Source of the DNA: Candidatus Eiseniibacteriota bacterium
GTDB lineage: Bacteria > Orphanbacterota > Orphanbacteria > Orphanbacterales > Orphanbacteraceae
DNA: 64,000 nt
NCBI GenBank assembly: GCA_043809585.1
Contig: JBDROZ010000052.1
Span: forward strand, 1 to 64,000
Reading direction: 5' to 3'
Shown here: positions 18,707-28,774 of the stretch, piece after piece
Position numbering within the stretch: the first letter of the stretch is position 1
How the letters are laid out: each line of letters begins with the position of its first letter
Made by a program: the position numbers and the translations under genes
Notes under the pieces: model-generated
Databases searched by the model: none
Told to the model about the DNA's origin: nothing
Seen by the model: only the letters and a program-made list of their open reading frames with translations

Positions 18707-21352
18707 TTATCTCAGGCGGACGCTCCGCCGCACCAGGGTGCGGTCGCCCGCCTCGAACCGGATGAAGTAGACACCCGATCCGACCTCTCCGCCCCGCTCG
18801 TCCCGGCCGTCCCAGGTGACGGCGTGGGCGCCGGCCGGGACGACTTCTTCGACGAGAGTGCGCACGACCCGCCCCTGGATGTCGAAGACCTTCACCGTCG
18901 CCCGCTCCCGCTTGGGCAGGGTGAAGGAGATGGTCGTGGAAGAACGGAACGGGTTCGGCGATCCCGGATTCAGGGCGTAGGCGAGGGCCCGGCCGCTTTC
19001 GGCTTCCTCCACCTCCGTGGCGGTCGGATTCACGCCGATGCCGATCCGGTTCATCACGACCGGGGCGCCCCGTCCCTGGCCGACCCACGCGTTGTACAGG
19101 TCGATCCCCGCCGAATTGGTCACGTTCTCGTCCCGGAGGAACTCGATGTACTCCTTCGTGGTCGTCTGGTAATAGAGCGTGACGACCACCGACTCGGCCG
19201 AGGCGGGCAGCGTGTACTCCGTATCGTCCCAGTGCTGGCCGTCCGCGTAGACGTGGGCCACGACGGGGGACTGGATCGCGAGGAGGCCGGCGTTCGTCGA
19301 ACCCCGCGGGGGGATCCGGTTGTCCTGGTAGATCGTGTCGACCAGGACGAAGTGGAATGACTTGCCCGCCGGCAGGCCGAGGAAGCCCGCCAGACCCGGC
19401 GAGAGGCCGGGGTGAATCTCGTAGATCTTCTCCTGCGCGTCGTGGATGAGCAGGCCTGTCGCGAAGTCGTACTCGCCCGACTCGAAGACCTTCGCTCCGA
19501 GGCTATCCAGGGCGACTACGTTCAGCCAGATCCGCCGACCCTCCGGATAGCCGGAGGGGAGCTTGTGGCCCGTCTCGTTGACCACCCGGACCGATACGCC
19601 CGCCTCGGTCGGCGTCGCCTCGAGGGTCGCGGCGAGCTGCAGCATGTCGACGGCCCGCTGCTTCGCCGCCTGGAGCTGGGCGACGTCGACCTCGCCCGGA
19701 AAGAACTGGGGAAGAATGTCGGGAACGAATGTGTTGCCTCCCATGAGATCGTGAAGGGCGAGATCGTCCCGGACCGGCCCCCCATCCGCGCCCCGGCCGT
19801 TCACGTCCCGCATGTGGCAGTCCTGGCAGGTCGAGACGATCCCGTCCGGCTTGTTCCCCGCGAACTGGGGCTGGTAGACACCCGTGTCGGCATAGGCGCT
19901 CTGGGTCCATTCGCTGAAGGTCCGCTCGATGGGCATCATGTTCCGCACGTCGAAGTCCGGGTGCTCCTGGTCGAAACCGGTCGGCGCGTAGTCGAAGGGG
20001 CCGGTCTGGGTGAACACCGGGCTGCTCACGTCGTGGCAGATCCCGCAAAGCTCCGCGGAGCGGTGGAACGGCGACTCGAGGAACTGGTGGGCCGCCTGGG
20101 CGTCGTCGTAGGGACCCCGCCGGACCGGCGCCGGGTCGTTCACGAACTGGCCGTTCCCGTACTGGAGCGGAAGGGGGTCGATCCCGGCGAGAACGAGGGA
20201 GTCCTCGCCCGGGCTCAAGCCGGGGACGTACACGTGATCGACGAGACGGTGGCAGAAGTCGCACTGGATCCCCTCGCGATCCTTGTCCGTGAGCATCCCG
20301 CCGCTCGTGTCGATCGAACGGCCCTCCTGCCACCCCCCGGGCGTGTGGCACCGGAGGCAGAGGTCGCCCACCGACGGGGCGTCCTGCTCCGCCACGGCCA
20401 TGCAGGCGAGGAAGAGGGGATCCCTCATCGCCTGGCCCATCATGCTGCCCCCCCAGCTGTAGAAGGGCTCGACGTTGACGTCGTATCCGCCGTGGCAGGT
20501 CCCGCAGTCGTTGGGGTTCTCGAGGATCGCCCCCTCGAAGGGTTGGGTCCCCGGCAGTTCCATGTCCCGAAGGGTGGTCGGCACGTATCCCGCGGCAACG
20601 GCGGTTACGGTGAAGTCGGCGTCGCTCCCGTCTGCACCTTCGTTCCCCGCGTTGTCGTGGGCCTCCGCCCTGATCCGAGCGGTCCCGCTCGGGAGGTTCG
20701 GAACGAACCAGCTGAACGAGCCGGTTCCGGCCTCGTTCTTCCCGACCGGTTTCCAGCTCGATCCGCCGTCGTCGGAGTAGTAGAAGTCGACGTGGGAGAT
20801 CCCGCTCGCGTCGGTGGCGGTGTACGAAACCGTGGTGAATCCGCCTGCCTGGAGGTTTTCCCCGCCGTTCGGCGAAAGAACGGTCACTGCGGGCGGCGTC
20901 GTGTCCGAACCGCCGCTCGGGGTGAGGTAGGTGAGAAGCTCCGAGTGGGTCACGTTCGTCGTGTTCGTGTAGTTCGAAGCCGAGAGCCCCGGGAAGGTCG
21001 GCGTGTTCGAGAAGAGGGTGGACGTGATCTCGGTCAGATTCGTATAAGCGTCTGCGTCGGAGTCGTTCCCTTCGATGGCGAGGATGGCGTTCGTGTAGGT
21101 CAGCCCGTTGTTGATCCCCACCTCGATGCCGAGGCCGTACGGATTCCTCTGCCCGCCACCGTCGAAGTCGAAGTGGCAGATTCCGCAGTGACTGGAGTTG
21201 CTCGGAAGGTCGGTCAATTGGGTGCCGGCTGCGTCGGGATAGAGATTGAGGAAGGCGTTCTTGATCGGGTTCCGGGCGTCCGAATCGACGGGGAGGAGGA
21301 AGAGCCCCGCGAGCGCGAGTGCGGTTAGCGAGAGGAACGGAGCGCGGGACAT
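18707..21352 (-). CDS. Secreted 6-heme cytochrome c with Ig-like domain and C-terminal FlgD-Ig/T9SS-like sorting domain
   Basis: Signal peptide; CGICH, CGTCH, CLRCH, CDFCH, CGICH, CQDCH; C-terminus [15 protein letters not shown]...[12 protein letters not shown]...WDGRDERG...SGVYF. Confidence 0.88.
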   Translation of the reverse strand: MSRAPFLSLTALALAGLFLLPVDSDARNPIKNAFLNLYPDAAGTQLTDLPSNSSHCGICHFDFDGGGQRNPYGLGIEVGINNGLTYTNAILAIEGNDSDADAYTNLTEITSTLFSNTPTFPGLSASNYTNTTNVTHSELLTYLTPSGGSDTTPPAVTVLSPNGGENLQAGGFTTVSYTATDASGISHVDFYYSDDGGSSWKPVGKNEAGTGSFSWFVPNLPSGTARIRAEAHDNAGNEGADGSDADFTVTAVAAGYVPTTLRDMELPGTQPFEGAILENPNDCGTCHGGYDVNVEPFYSWGGSMMGQAMRDPLFLACMAVAEQDAPSVGDLCLRCHTPGGWQEGRSIDTSGGMLTDKDREGIQCDFCHRLVDHVYVPGLSPGEDSLVLAGIDPLPLQYGNGQFVNDPAPVRRGPYDDAQAAHQFLESPFHRSAELCGICHDVSSPVFTQTGPFDYAPTGFDQEHPDFDVRNMMPIERTFSEWTQSAYADTGVYQPQFAGNKPDGIVSTCQDCHMRDVNGRGADGGPVRDDLALHDLMGGNTFVPDILPQFFPGEVDVAQLQAAKQRAVDMLQLAATLEATPTEAGVSVRVVNETGHKLPSGYPEGRRIWLNVVALDSLGAKVFESGEYDFATGLLIHDAQEKIYEIHPGLSPGLAGFLGLPAGKSFHFVLVDTIYQDNRIPPRGSTNAGLLAIQSPVVAHVYADGQHWDDTEYTLPASAESVVVTLYYQTTTKEYIEFLRDENVTNSAGIDLYNAWVGQGRGAPVVMNRIGIGVNPTATEVEEAESGRALAYALNPGSPNPFRSSTTISFTLPKRERATVKVFDIQGRVVRTLVEEVVPAGAHAVTWDGRDERGGEVGSGVYFIRFEAGDRTLVRRSVRLR

Positions 21353-21530
21353 GACGACCCCTTTCTCGGCCATGGGCCGGATTGGTGCGGTCATGATCGG
21401 GGGGTGGAACCGCACTGTCTGCATGTGTGCCCTGCCGGATGGTGAAATCATCTAATCTATTGTAAAATTAATAACTAGCGGTTCTCTGGGAAGGGGTTTC
21501 GACCTCTTGCCTCCCCCAATTCCAGTGATT

Positions 21531-21559
21531 AGGTTACCTGATTAAATGATTTTCGTCAA
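21531..21559 (-). promoter_or_regulatory. sigma70-type promoter for the FlgD-tailed cytochrome
   Basis: Minus strand TTGACG-17 bp-TAACCT in an AT-rich region. Confidence 0.6.
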
Positions 21560-21647
21560 GCAAAACCGGGCGGGATCGTCAAGCAGACGGGACCCCGCCC
21601 GGATCTTCGAGTCTCCGCGTATGCGCGTCCTGCGCCGGCGGATCTCG

Positions 21648-23675
21648 TCAGCGAAGCACGGTCACCTTTCCGGTCGAGGCGTACCCCGCCGTCTCGAGGC
21701 GGAGGAAGTAGACACCGCTCGGAACCGGCCTCCCGCCGTCGTCCCGGCCGTCCCACTCGACGCGGACCGCGCCGCTCTCCCGGGGGGAGTCGAGGAGGGA
21801 AGCGACCTCACGGCCGTTCGCCCCGAAAACCCGGAGCTTCGCCGGACCCGGCTCGGGCAGCGTGAACTCGATGACCGTCGAGGGATTCACCGGATTCGGC
21901 CGGGCGGTGAGCTTGGCCGCCCGGAGTCCGGGCGACCTTCCGGGGAGGGTGACGGTCGCGGTCGGCGTCAACGTCTCGCCGCCGTCCGGCGAGACCAGCA
22001 CGAACCGGTAGGAGTAGGTGACCCCCGGCAGGGCGGTCCGATCGAGGTATTCGGCGCCCCCCGACGAGACGGGAACGGGCGACTCGGTCAGCCGGACCCA
22101 CTCGGGGCCGGGAGTCAGGCGCCGCGCCGTGACGACCTCCTCCGCCGTCAGGGCGCCCGCCTTGTGGGCTTCCATCAGGTCACGCTTGAAGGCCTCCGCG
22201 GCCTCGGCGTTCTCGACCACCCGCTCCACGTGGACCGCCTCGCCCAGATCCCGGCCGGCGAGGGAGACGCGGACTCCCCCGACCGTAAGGGCCGCCCGGA
22301 CGACGAAGGACGCCTCGGCGACGCCCGTCGAGACGCTCTCCCCCCCCTCGAGGAGGTACGCCCGGCCCCCCGGAGGCCCGGCGGTGAGCATCTGGCTGCC
22401 GGCGACCACGTCCGGCACGCCGTTCCCCGAGATGTCCGTCACGCCGTCCACGAAGTAGAGCCGGTGGCCCGTGTTGTAAACCCAGACCGAATCGCCCGTC
22501 GCGCCGTCGAAGAGATAGACGTGGTAGTCGAAGGAACCGGCCACGACGTCGTTCACGCCGTCGCCGGTCACGTCCTCCACCCGTCCCACCTTCCAGACGT
22601 CGCCCCCGTTCAGGGTCCCCACGGTCGCGCTCCAGATCACGGAACCGTCGCGGCCGGAGAGCACGACCGCCTTGTTGTCGAAGGAGCCGACCGCCACGTC
22701 CTCGAAGCCGTCGCCGTCCACGTCGTCCAGAGCCGCGAGATGCATGATGTAAGCGTAGCTCCCGACCGGCGCGGACCAGATCGTTCCCCCGCCGACGCCG
22801 TCGAAGCAATAAACCGTTCCCGTCGCGTTCCAGATGCCGGCGAGGACGTCGTTCACGCCGTCGCCGTTCACGTCGGCGATCCGCTCCACGGCGTGAACCG
22901 TGTTCGTCATGATGTTCGTCCAGAGGATCGTTCCCGCCGGGCCGCCGCCGCCGGCCATGCACCGGACTTTCGGCGCCGTGTCCCCGACGCCGAAGACGCC
23001 GTCCGACACGCCGTCGCCGTTCACGTCGTCCAGCACCGCCGAGGTGATCACCGCGTCTCCCATGTACTGCCACCAGAGGACGATCCCGTCGCCGAGGCTG
23101 ATGTGGTAGGCGCCGTCGTTGTCGGAGCCGCAGGCGAAGAACATGTCGTCCACGCCGTCCGAGTCCACGTCCGGCACGGGCTTGATCGTGTAGACCCATC
23201 CCGAGGTCGGGACGGGAGGGGGCGTGTCGTAGTAGGTGTCGAAGTGGTAGGAGACGTCGCCGGTCGGGCCGTGGATCACGTAGGCGCTCCGCCCCCCCCA
23301 CGCGGTGCCGAGGAAGACGTCCTGCTTCCCGTCCCCCGTGATGTCCGGGCCGACCCGGAGGCACTCGACGTCGTAGCCCCCCCCGGAGCTCAGGCCCCCG
23401 GCGGGCTTCGTCGACCAGATCACCGAGGCGACCCCGCTCGAGGCGCCGGAGAGGCAGTAGAGGTGATCGCCCGTCGCGCCGGCGTCGTAGCTCTCGACGA
23501 CGACATCCGGCACGAGGTCGCCGTTCATGTCCTCGATGTCGTCGATTGCGTAGACGTCTTCCACCCCCTGGAAGTACCAGATCAGATCGCCCCCGGCGCT
23601 TTGGGCGGGGGGGGAGAGAAGAACGACTCCGAGAGAAGCGGCGAAAAGCGCCCCGGCGAGACGGGTCGTGCTCAT
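21648..23675 (-). CDS. Secreted FG-GAP/VCBS Ca-binding beta-propeller protein with C-terminal FlgD-Ig/T9SS-like domain
   Basis: About 8 DxxGDGxxD repeats, signal peptide, PNPVNPSTVIEF...WDGRDDGG...SGVYF tail. Confidence 0.85.
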   Translation of the reverse strand: MSTTRLAGALFAASLGVVLLSPPAQSAGGDLIWYFQGVEDVYAIDDIEDMNGDLVPDVVVESYDAGATGDHLYCLSGASSGVASVIWSTKPAGGLSSGGGYDVECLRVGPDITGDGKQDVFLGTAWGGRSAYVIHGPTGDVSYHFDTYYDTPPPVPTSGWVYTIKPVPDVDSDGVDDMFFACGSDNDGAYHISLGDGIVLWWQYMGDAVITSAVLDDVNGDGVSDGVFGVGDTAPKVRCMAGGGGPAGTILWTNIMTNTVHAVERIADVNGDGVNDVLAGIWNATGTVYCFDGVGGGTIWSAPVGSYAYIMHLAALDDVDGDGFEDVAVGSFDNKAVVLSGRDGSVIWSATVGTLNGGDVWKVGRVEDVTGDGVNDVVAGSFDYHVYLFDGATGDSVWVYNTGHRLYFVDGVTDISGNGVPDVVAGSQMLTAGPPGGRAYLLEGGESVSTGVAEASFVVRAALTVGGVRVSLAGRDLGEAVHVERVVENAEAAEAFKRDLMEAHKAGALTAEEVVTARRLTPGPEWVRLTESPVPVSSGGAEYLDRTALPGVTYSYRFVLVSPDGGETLTPTATVTLPGRSPGLRAAKLTARPNPVNPSTVIEFTLPEPGPAKLRVFGANGREVASLLDSPRESGAVRVEWDGRDDGGRPVPSGVYFLRLETAGYASTGKVTVLR

Positions 23676-23797
23676 GGGATACCTCCGGTTGTCCGAGGGA
23701 CGGGTGAGATACTCGACCCATTCATATTAGCACAATCGGAGGGCTTTGTGGGGAGGGTGGGGGCCCCGGAGGGCCCCGCCCGCTTCATGATTCAGGT

Positions 23798-24385
23798 CTA
23801 GTCGTGGCAGCCCGCATCCGCACAGGAGACGCCGCTCGTCCCCCGGGCGGGGGGGTAGCCATGGCACCGGGCGCAGCCGCGGGGCCCTTCCCGAAAGGCC
23901 TCCCGCCCGTGGAAGAGCACCGAGGCGGGATTCAGCCATCCCTCCGGATGCCCCCCCGGCCCGTCGTGGCAATCCCAGCAGGAAACGCCGCTCCAGCCCC
24001 CCTCGAGGTCCGCCCCGTGGCACTCCTTGCAGGAACCGAAGCCGGCCGCCTCCACCGCCGCGCCGTGATAGGGATCTTCCGCCGGATAGGCCCACCCATG
24101 GGGGTGGCCGCCCGGCCCGTCGTGACACTCGTAGCATCCCGGCATGTCCGAGGCGCCCCGGAAATCGGAGCCGTGGCAGCCCGCGCAGTTCGCCGCCCCC
24201 ATCTCCCGGACCCGGTCGCCATGGAAATCGACGGACGACTCCTGGGCGATGAACGCCTCCGGGTGTCCCGCGATCTCCGGTTCCTGGGGTGTGCGCCGCT
24301 CCACGCATCCGGCGAGGAGCGCGAGGGCCAGGGCGGGCGCGAGGACCCGCGGACCCCATCGTTCGATCCAGTGAATCGCGCTCAT
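23798..24385 (-). CDS. Small multiheme cytochrome c lipoprotein (5 CxxCH plus 1 Cx4CH; three di-heme repeats)
   Basis: Lipobox LLAGC; CAGCH, CYECH, CKECH, CWDCH, CARCH, CADAGCH. Confidence 0.85.
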   Translation of the reverse strand: MSAIHWIERWGPRVLAPALALALLAGCVERRTPQEPEIAGHPEAFIAQESSVDFHGDRVREMGAANCAGCHGSDFRGASDMPGCYECHDGPGGHPHGWAYPAEDPYHGAAVEAAGFGSCKECHGADLEGGWSGVSCWDCHDGPGGHPEGWLNPASVLFHGREAFREGPRGCARCHGYPPARGTSGVSCADAGCHD

Positions 24386-24390
24386 GGAAC

Positions 24391-25263
24391 TCACCTCCCG
24401 TGACAATCGGCGCAGACCGGAGACCCGCCCCCGTCCGCGTGACAGGCCGTGCATGACTCGAGATCGAACCGACCCTCGACGGCGTGCTCGCCCCCTTCAC
24501 GCCCGTGAACCCAGTCGGCCCGCGAGTGGTTTCCGGGCATCACCCGTTCCGCCGCGTGGCAGGAGACGCAGAACGCCCGCTCCTCATGGCAGGAGGCGCA
24601 GTCGAACTCGTTCCCCCTCGCGTCGAGGGCGTGGCGGAACGCGTAGTCGAGCCCGTGGGTCCGGGGCCGGACGTTGTCGCCGTTGTGGCACTCCTGGCAG
24701 CCGGCCTGGGTGTGGCAACCGAAGCAGGTCTCTTGCTCCACCCCGGCGTCGGCGCCGTGATACCAGAGCCATTCGCCCTGGTGCGTGAGGGGAAGGAGGG
24801 ATTCCGACGGATCGTGGCAGACGCCGCAATCCTCGTAGCCCGCCGCCGTCTCGTGGCAGCCGCGGCACATCAGCTTCTCCGGGATCGCCGGGTCCTTCGC
24901 CGGGTCGCCGTGACAGGCGGCGCATGCCATCCCCTTCTCCACGTGGGTGCGGTGGGGGAAGAACCCGGCCACCATGGTGTGGCGCGGGGTCGTCGCCGGC
25001 GCGGCCTGATCGACGTGGCACTGGCCGCAGGCCGCCGTGTCTTCCACGTCGTGGCAGCCGGCGCAGACATCCATCCCCGGAAGGAGGTTGTCGGTTCCGG
25101 CCATGGAGGAGTAGGCCCCCTCGTGGCAGACCTCGCACTCCACGGCGTTCTCCTCGTGCACGTCGTGGGGCGAGTGGATCGTTTTCGCGGGCGGACCGAC
25201 CTGGAAGGCGTACGCCGAGGCCGCGAGGGCCGTGACCGCCGCGATGGCCATGTATCGCTTCAT
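24391..25263 (-). CDS. Periplasmic 12-heme cytochrome c (c3/c7-like)
   Basis: Signal peptide MKRYMAIAAVTALAASAYA; 12 CxxCH motifs in 290 aa; TGATG overlap with the porin gene. Confidence 0.9.
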   Translation of the reverse strand: MKRYMAIAAVTALAASAYAFQVGPPAKTIHSPHDVHEENAVECEVCHEGAYSSMAGTDNLLPGMDVCAGCHDVEDTAACGQCHVDQAAPATTPRHTMVAGFFPHRTHVEKGMACAACHGDPAKDPAIPEKLMCRGCHETAAGYEDCGVCHDPSESLLPLTHQGEWLWYHGADAGVEQETCFGCHTQAGCQECHNGDNVRPRTHGLDYAFRHALDARGNEFDCASCHEERAFCVSCHAAERVMPGNHSRADWVHGREGGEHAVEGRFDLESCTACHADGGGSPVCADCHGR

Positions 25264-26576
25264 CACAGCCATCCTCCTCTCCCGAGGCCGAAGGCGCCCC
25301 TGCCCCGTCCCATGGTCAAATCGAGGCCGCCGAGAACCCGGATGTCCTCCTCGAAGAAGGGCGTGTCGACGCTCTGGATCTCGAGGGTGATCGCCGCGCC
25401 CCGCCTCGCCAGAATCCGCACCCGTCCGAAGGCGACGGTCAGGTCCCGCTCGAGCTCGCTCGGCGCGTCTTGCAGAAGCGCGTAGGTGGTGAAGGTCGCC
25501 CCCCCCTCGAGCGAGAGCCAGGGCGTCGCCGTGACGCGAATGTCGCCGAACCATCGGCTCTCCTCGCCGGCGTCGCCGACCCGGACCGAGTAGCCGATCC
25601 GGCCGAGAGGGAAGAGGGCCGCGCCGCCGACGCGGGTCGACGTGCGCTCCTCGACGAAGGCGCCCATGTAGTCGATCTCGGCTCCGAAGCCGCTCCGGTG
25701 CTCCCTCCTTATCGAAGCCCGGCCGATGCGGGCCCGGTAGGCGTCGAACCGGCTGAAGTACGAGTTCCTCTCGATCGTCGGGTAGCGGTCGACGAATTGA
25801 AGGGTGATCACCGGGCACTCCGGCGTCCGCCGGAACTGGACGTGCCCCTCCACGCGGGTCCAGCGCTCTTCGAGCATGTCGTAGGCGGCCCGCCCGGTGG
25901 CGCGGAGATCGAAGCGGGCGCGGAAGGTCGTCTCGAAGCCGAGAGGACGGGCCGAGACCACGTCGTCCTTCTCGAGATAGGCGAAGGAGACGCTGCTCCG
26001 CCAGAAGCGGCATGGATCGTAGAGGACGCGGGCGCCGAGGACGGCGTCGTCCCCGAAGTCTCCGACCCGGTCCCGGTAGGGGACGGCGATCGGCGCCCGG
26101 GCGCCGCCCCACGCCCGCACCTCGACGGGTCCGCGGGGCTTTGCCGAGAGCCAGAGGCCGTCCACGGTGAGGCCCGCCGCCCCCTCGTGGAGGAACTGGC
26201 GGCCGATTTTCGCGCGGAGCTCCGGCGTGATCTTCACGTCCCCGTAGGCCGTGTAGAGACGGGCGCGGTCGTTGTCCCGCTCCGCGAGATAGAGATCATC
26301 ATACGCCCGCCCCGAAGCCCGGATTGCGAGCCGGCCCCCGGCGAGCCCCGCGACGGACCCGTCGAATTGCTGGTACGCACCGAATCGGTCGAGGACGGCG
26401 CCGCTACGTTCCTCCGTCTGGAAGGCGTATCCCGTGGAGCGCAGGCGGAACCACCAGGTGGGATCCTGGCCGTCCGCCCCCCCTTCGAAGGCGAAGGCGG
26501 GAAGGACCAGGATGAGAGCCATCCACGGGACGAGAAGAAGGAGGAAGTTCCGCAAGAATCGGGAACTTTGAATCAC
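25263..26576 (-). CDS. Putative outer-membrane beta-barrel (porin of a porin-cytochrome conduit)
   Basis: Signal peptide, alternating amphipathic strands, KIGRQFL...VDGL motif typical of cytochrome-associated porins; lies between multiheme genes. Confidence 0.72.
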   Translation of the reverse strand: MIQSSRFLRNFLLLLVPWMALILVLPAFAFEGGADGQDPTWWFRLRSTGYAFQTEERSGAVLDRFGAYQQFDGSVAGLAGGRLAIRASGRAYDDLYLAERDNDRARLYTAYGDVKITPELRAKIGRQFLHEGAAGLTVDGLWLSAKPRGPVEVRAWGGARAPIAVPYRDRVGDFGDDAVLGARVLYDPCRFWRSSVSFAYLEKDDVVSARPLGFETTFRARFDLRATGRAAYDMLEERWTRVEGHVQFRRTPECPVITLQFVDRYPTIERNSYFSRFDAYRARIGRASIRREHRSGFGAEIDYMGAFVEERTSTRVGGAALFPLGRIGYSVRVGDAGEESRWFGDIRVTATPWLSLEGGATFTTYALLQDAPSELERDLTVAFGRVRILARRGAAITLEIQSVDTPFFEEDIRVLGGLDLTMGRGRGAFGLGRGGWL

Positions 26577-26610
26577 TTTGATCCTCCTGTCCTTTCTCCG
26601 GGTCGAAAGA

Positions 26611-26641
26611 GGCCGGGGGCGGGTCGGTTCCGCCCCCGGCC
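26611..26641 (-). terminator. Intra-operon 12-bp GC hairpin (partial terminator or mRNA stabiliser)
   Basis: GGCCGGGGGCGG-7 nt-CCGCCCCCGGCC followed by TCTTT on the minus strand. Confidence 0.55.
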
Positions 26642-26660
26642 GGGGGATTTGCGAACGGAA

Positions 26661-28379
26661 CTAGGGCTGCTTCAGGACGAAGGCGCCCAAGCTCTCGAGC
26701 TTGTCGGGATCGATGCGCTCGATGCTCTGCTGGAGCAACTGGACGGCGTAGGTCGCGTTGTGCACCCCCATGGATCCGTCGTATTCGACGAAGGCGTGGT
26801 TGTACGCCGCTTTCCGCTGAGCCCCGGAGATGGTGCCGTCGTTCACATAGAGGGTGTCCCCGACGACGCCGGCGAAGTCCGCGTCCTCCGCCGCCTCGAG
26901 GGCCGCCCGGGTGGTCGGGTTCGCCGTCGCGTCGGTGAGCACCTCGCGAAGGACCGCGAGCAGGCCTTCGACTTCGTCCTGAACCCCCTCGACCGAGCCG
27001 TTGCCGTCGAAGTCCTTCTTCGCCATCACGTCGGAGAAGTCCGAAAGCGTTCCGTGGCATTCGTAGCACGCCTCGACGGTCGGCTCGAAGGTGTGGCCCG
27101 TGTAGTTCGGGCTCTCCTCGGTCGGGCTCTCCGCATCATGCGCGTGGGTGTGGCAGTGGACGCAGCCGTCCTCCACCAGGATGTGCCGGCTGGTGGCGAA
27201 CGTGAAGGACGAGTCGACGCCTTCGTAGGCGTTCACGCCGGCGAGCATGTCTCCCTGCACGGCGTGGTGGGGCCCGAAGTGGGCGGACCCTTCCGCGATC
27301 TGCTCGTCCACGTCTTCCCAGTCGCGCCGCCCGTTGTGGCAGGCGATGCAGAGGCGCCCCGCCCCCGCCGACGGAACCAGAGGATCGTTCGGGATCACTT
27401 CGTCGCCCGTGTTCGCCGCGTTCCTGAGGTTCGCCGGGTTGTCGTTGCCGTGCGGGTCGTGGCAGGTGGCGCAGACGATCTCCTCCGTCTCGGTCACCGA
27501 CGAGGGATTGGAGAATCCCGCCGGGTCGTCGAGATAGTCGGCGGCGTAGTAGCCGTTGTGGCACTTGACGCAGGTCGTCCGGGTGGCGCCGGAGAGGTCC
27601 GACGAGTTCCCGTGGGCCGACTCCTGCCACTCGTCATAGGTCGGATGGTGGGCGTCGGTGTGGCAGACGCCGCAGACCGCGGCGTCGTAAGAGATGTGGA
27701 TGTCACTGCCGCTCTGGGTGTCCACATGCTCGCCCCCCGGTCCGTGGCAGTTCTCGCACTGCACGTTCCGGAGCCGCTCCACGGCCAACTCGTCGTAGCC
27801 GCCGTTGTTTCTCGTGTCTTCCTCACCGAGGGTGTAGGAGCCGACGGTGTGGCACTCGAGGCAGCTCGCCGTGAATTCCCGGCCGATATCGGCCAACGCG
27901 GCGTACGCCCCGGCGTGCCCCGTCTCGAGCCACTCGGTGTATTCGTCGTCGTCGCCGTGGCAGGTGCCGCAGGTCGACACGCCGACGTAGACGGGATCAT
28001 CGGTCGGCACGTAATCGCCGACCATGACCCGGGCCGAACCGATGCCGACATCCTCCCCGTCCGTGACCACCACGGAGACGCTGAACAGGGCGGCGTCCTC
28101 CGGGGCGTACCATGTCGTACTCTCTCCGTCGGCGTCGGTGAAGTCCCCCCCCGTCGCCTTCCAGGCGTACTCGAGGCTCCCCGCCTTCGTCTCCCCCAGC
28201 ACCGTGACGGCGGTCTTCAATAGAGTCGATCCGCCCGATTCGATGTTGTCCGGCGTCGCCGTGACCGAGACCTTAATCACGGGCTCCTTTTCGACCTCCA
28301 CGATCTCCTCGTCTCCGCACCCGGCCGCGAGGCCGAGCAGAAAGAGGCACGCGACCGACAGGCCGAGACCCTTCCTCAT
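26661..28379 (-). CDS. 9-heme cytochrome c lipoprotein with N-terminal Ig/PKD-like domain (OmcB-like outer-membrane cytochrome)
   Basis: Lipobox LAAGC; 9 CxxCH; C-terminal helical AAYNHAFVEYDGSMGVHNATYAVQLL motif; AAGGAGG RBS. Confidence 0.85.
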   Translation of the reverse strand: MRKGLGLSVACLFLLGLAAGCGDEEIVEVEKEPVIKVSVTATPDNIESGGSTLLKTAVTVLGETKAGSLEYAWKATGGDFTDADGESTTWYAPEDAALFSVSVVVTDGEDVGIGSARVMVGDYVPTDDPVYVGVSTCGTCHGDDDEYTEWLETGHAGAYAALADIGREFTASCLECHTVGSYTLGEEDTRNNGGYDELAVERLRNVQCENCHGPGGEHVDTQSGSDIHISYDAAVCGVCHTDAHHPTYDEWQESAHGNSSDLSGATRTTCVKCHNGYYAADYLDDPAGFSNPSSVTETEEIVCATCHDPHGNDNPANLRNAANTGDEVIPNDPLVPSAGAGRLCIACHNGRRDWEDVDEQIAEGSAHFGPHHAVQGDMLAGVNAYEGVDSSFTFATSRHILVEDGCVHCHTHAHDAESPTEESPNYTGHTFEPTVEACYECHGTLSDFSDVMAKKDFDGNGSVEGVQDEVEGLLAVLREVLTDATANPTTRAALEAAEDADFAGVVGDTLYVNDGTISGAQRKAAYNHAFVEYDGSMGVHNATYAVQLLQQSIERIDPDKLESLGAFVLKQP

Positions 28380-28622
28380 GGCGTTTCCCTCCTTAGTGTT
28401 GGTTCCTCCGGAAAGGCACCCGACCGGGGGCCCGTCCGGGGAATCGATTCCGTTTCCGAAAGAGACTCCAATGACAGAAGAAAAGGCCCCCGAATAGGGA
28501 CCCGGCTTCGCGGAAGAGGCAAAGAGGGGAGCGACCGGCGGGACGACCGGGGGACGTGCCGAAAGATCTCGGCCATTTGTCGCGGAATCACTCATTTGTC
28601 CCTCTTCGCTCAGGACGGCTCG

Positions 28623-28652
28623 AAACTAGTTAACCCGTCTATCGAATGTCAA
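28623..28652 (-). promoter_or_regulatory. Possible internal sigma70 promoter for the porin-cytochrome module
   Basis: Minus strand TTGACA-18 bp-TAGTTT in an AT-rich intergenic region. Confidence 0.5.
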
Positions 28653-28774
28653 CTCTATTTTTCACAAAGGCCTGGTCGGCTTTTCTTAACTATCGGCCGA
28701 TGGCGGGGAAGATTGAGAACCGAGTTAATGATAGTGAGGGGGGAGAGGCGTCCCCCGCTCGGTGGGGGGGCGGT

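Noticed and set aside
22380-23560. Recurring GTCGTTCACGCCGTCGCCG-like direct repeats as a CRISPR array or DGR
   Set aside because: They are in-frame codons for DxxGDGxxD Ca-binding repeats, irregularly spaced and degenerate; no cas or reverse transcriptase gene is present.
28650-28667. Rex operator upstream of the porin-cytochrome module
   Set aside because: Only one TTCACAA half-site is present; the matching TTGTGAA half is absent.
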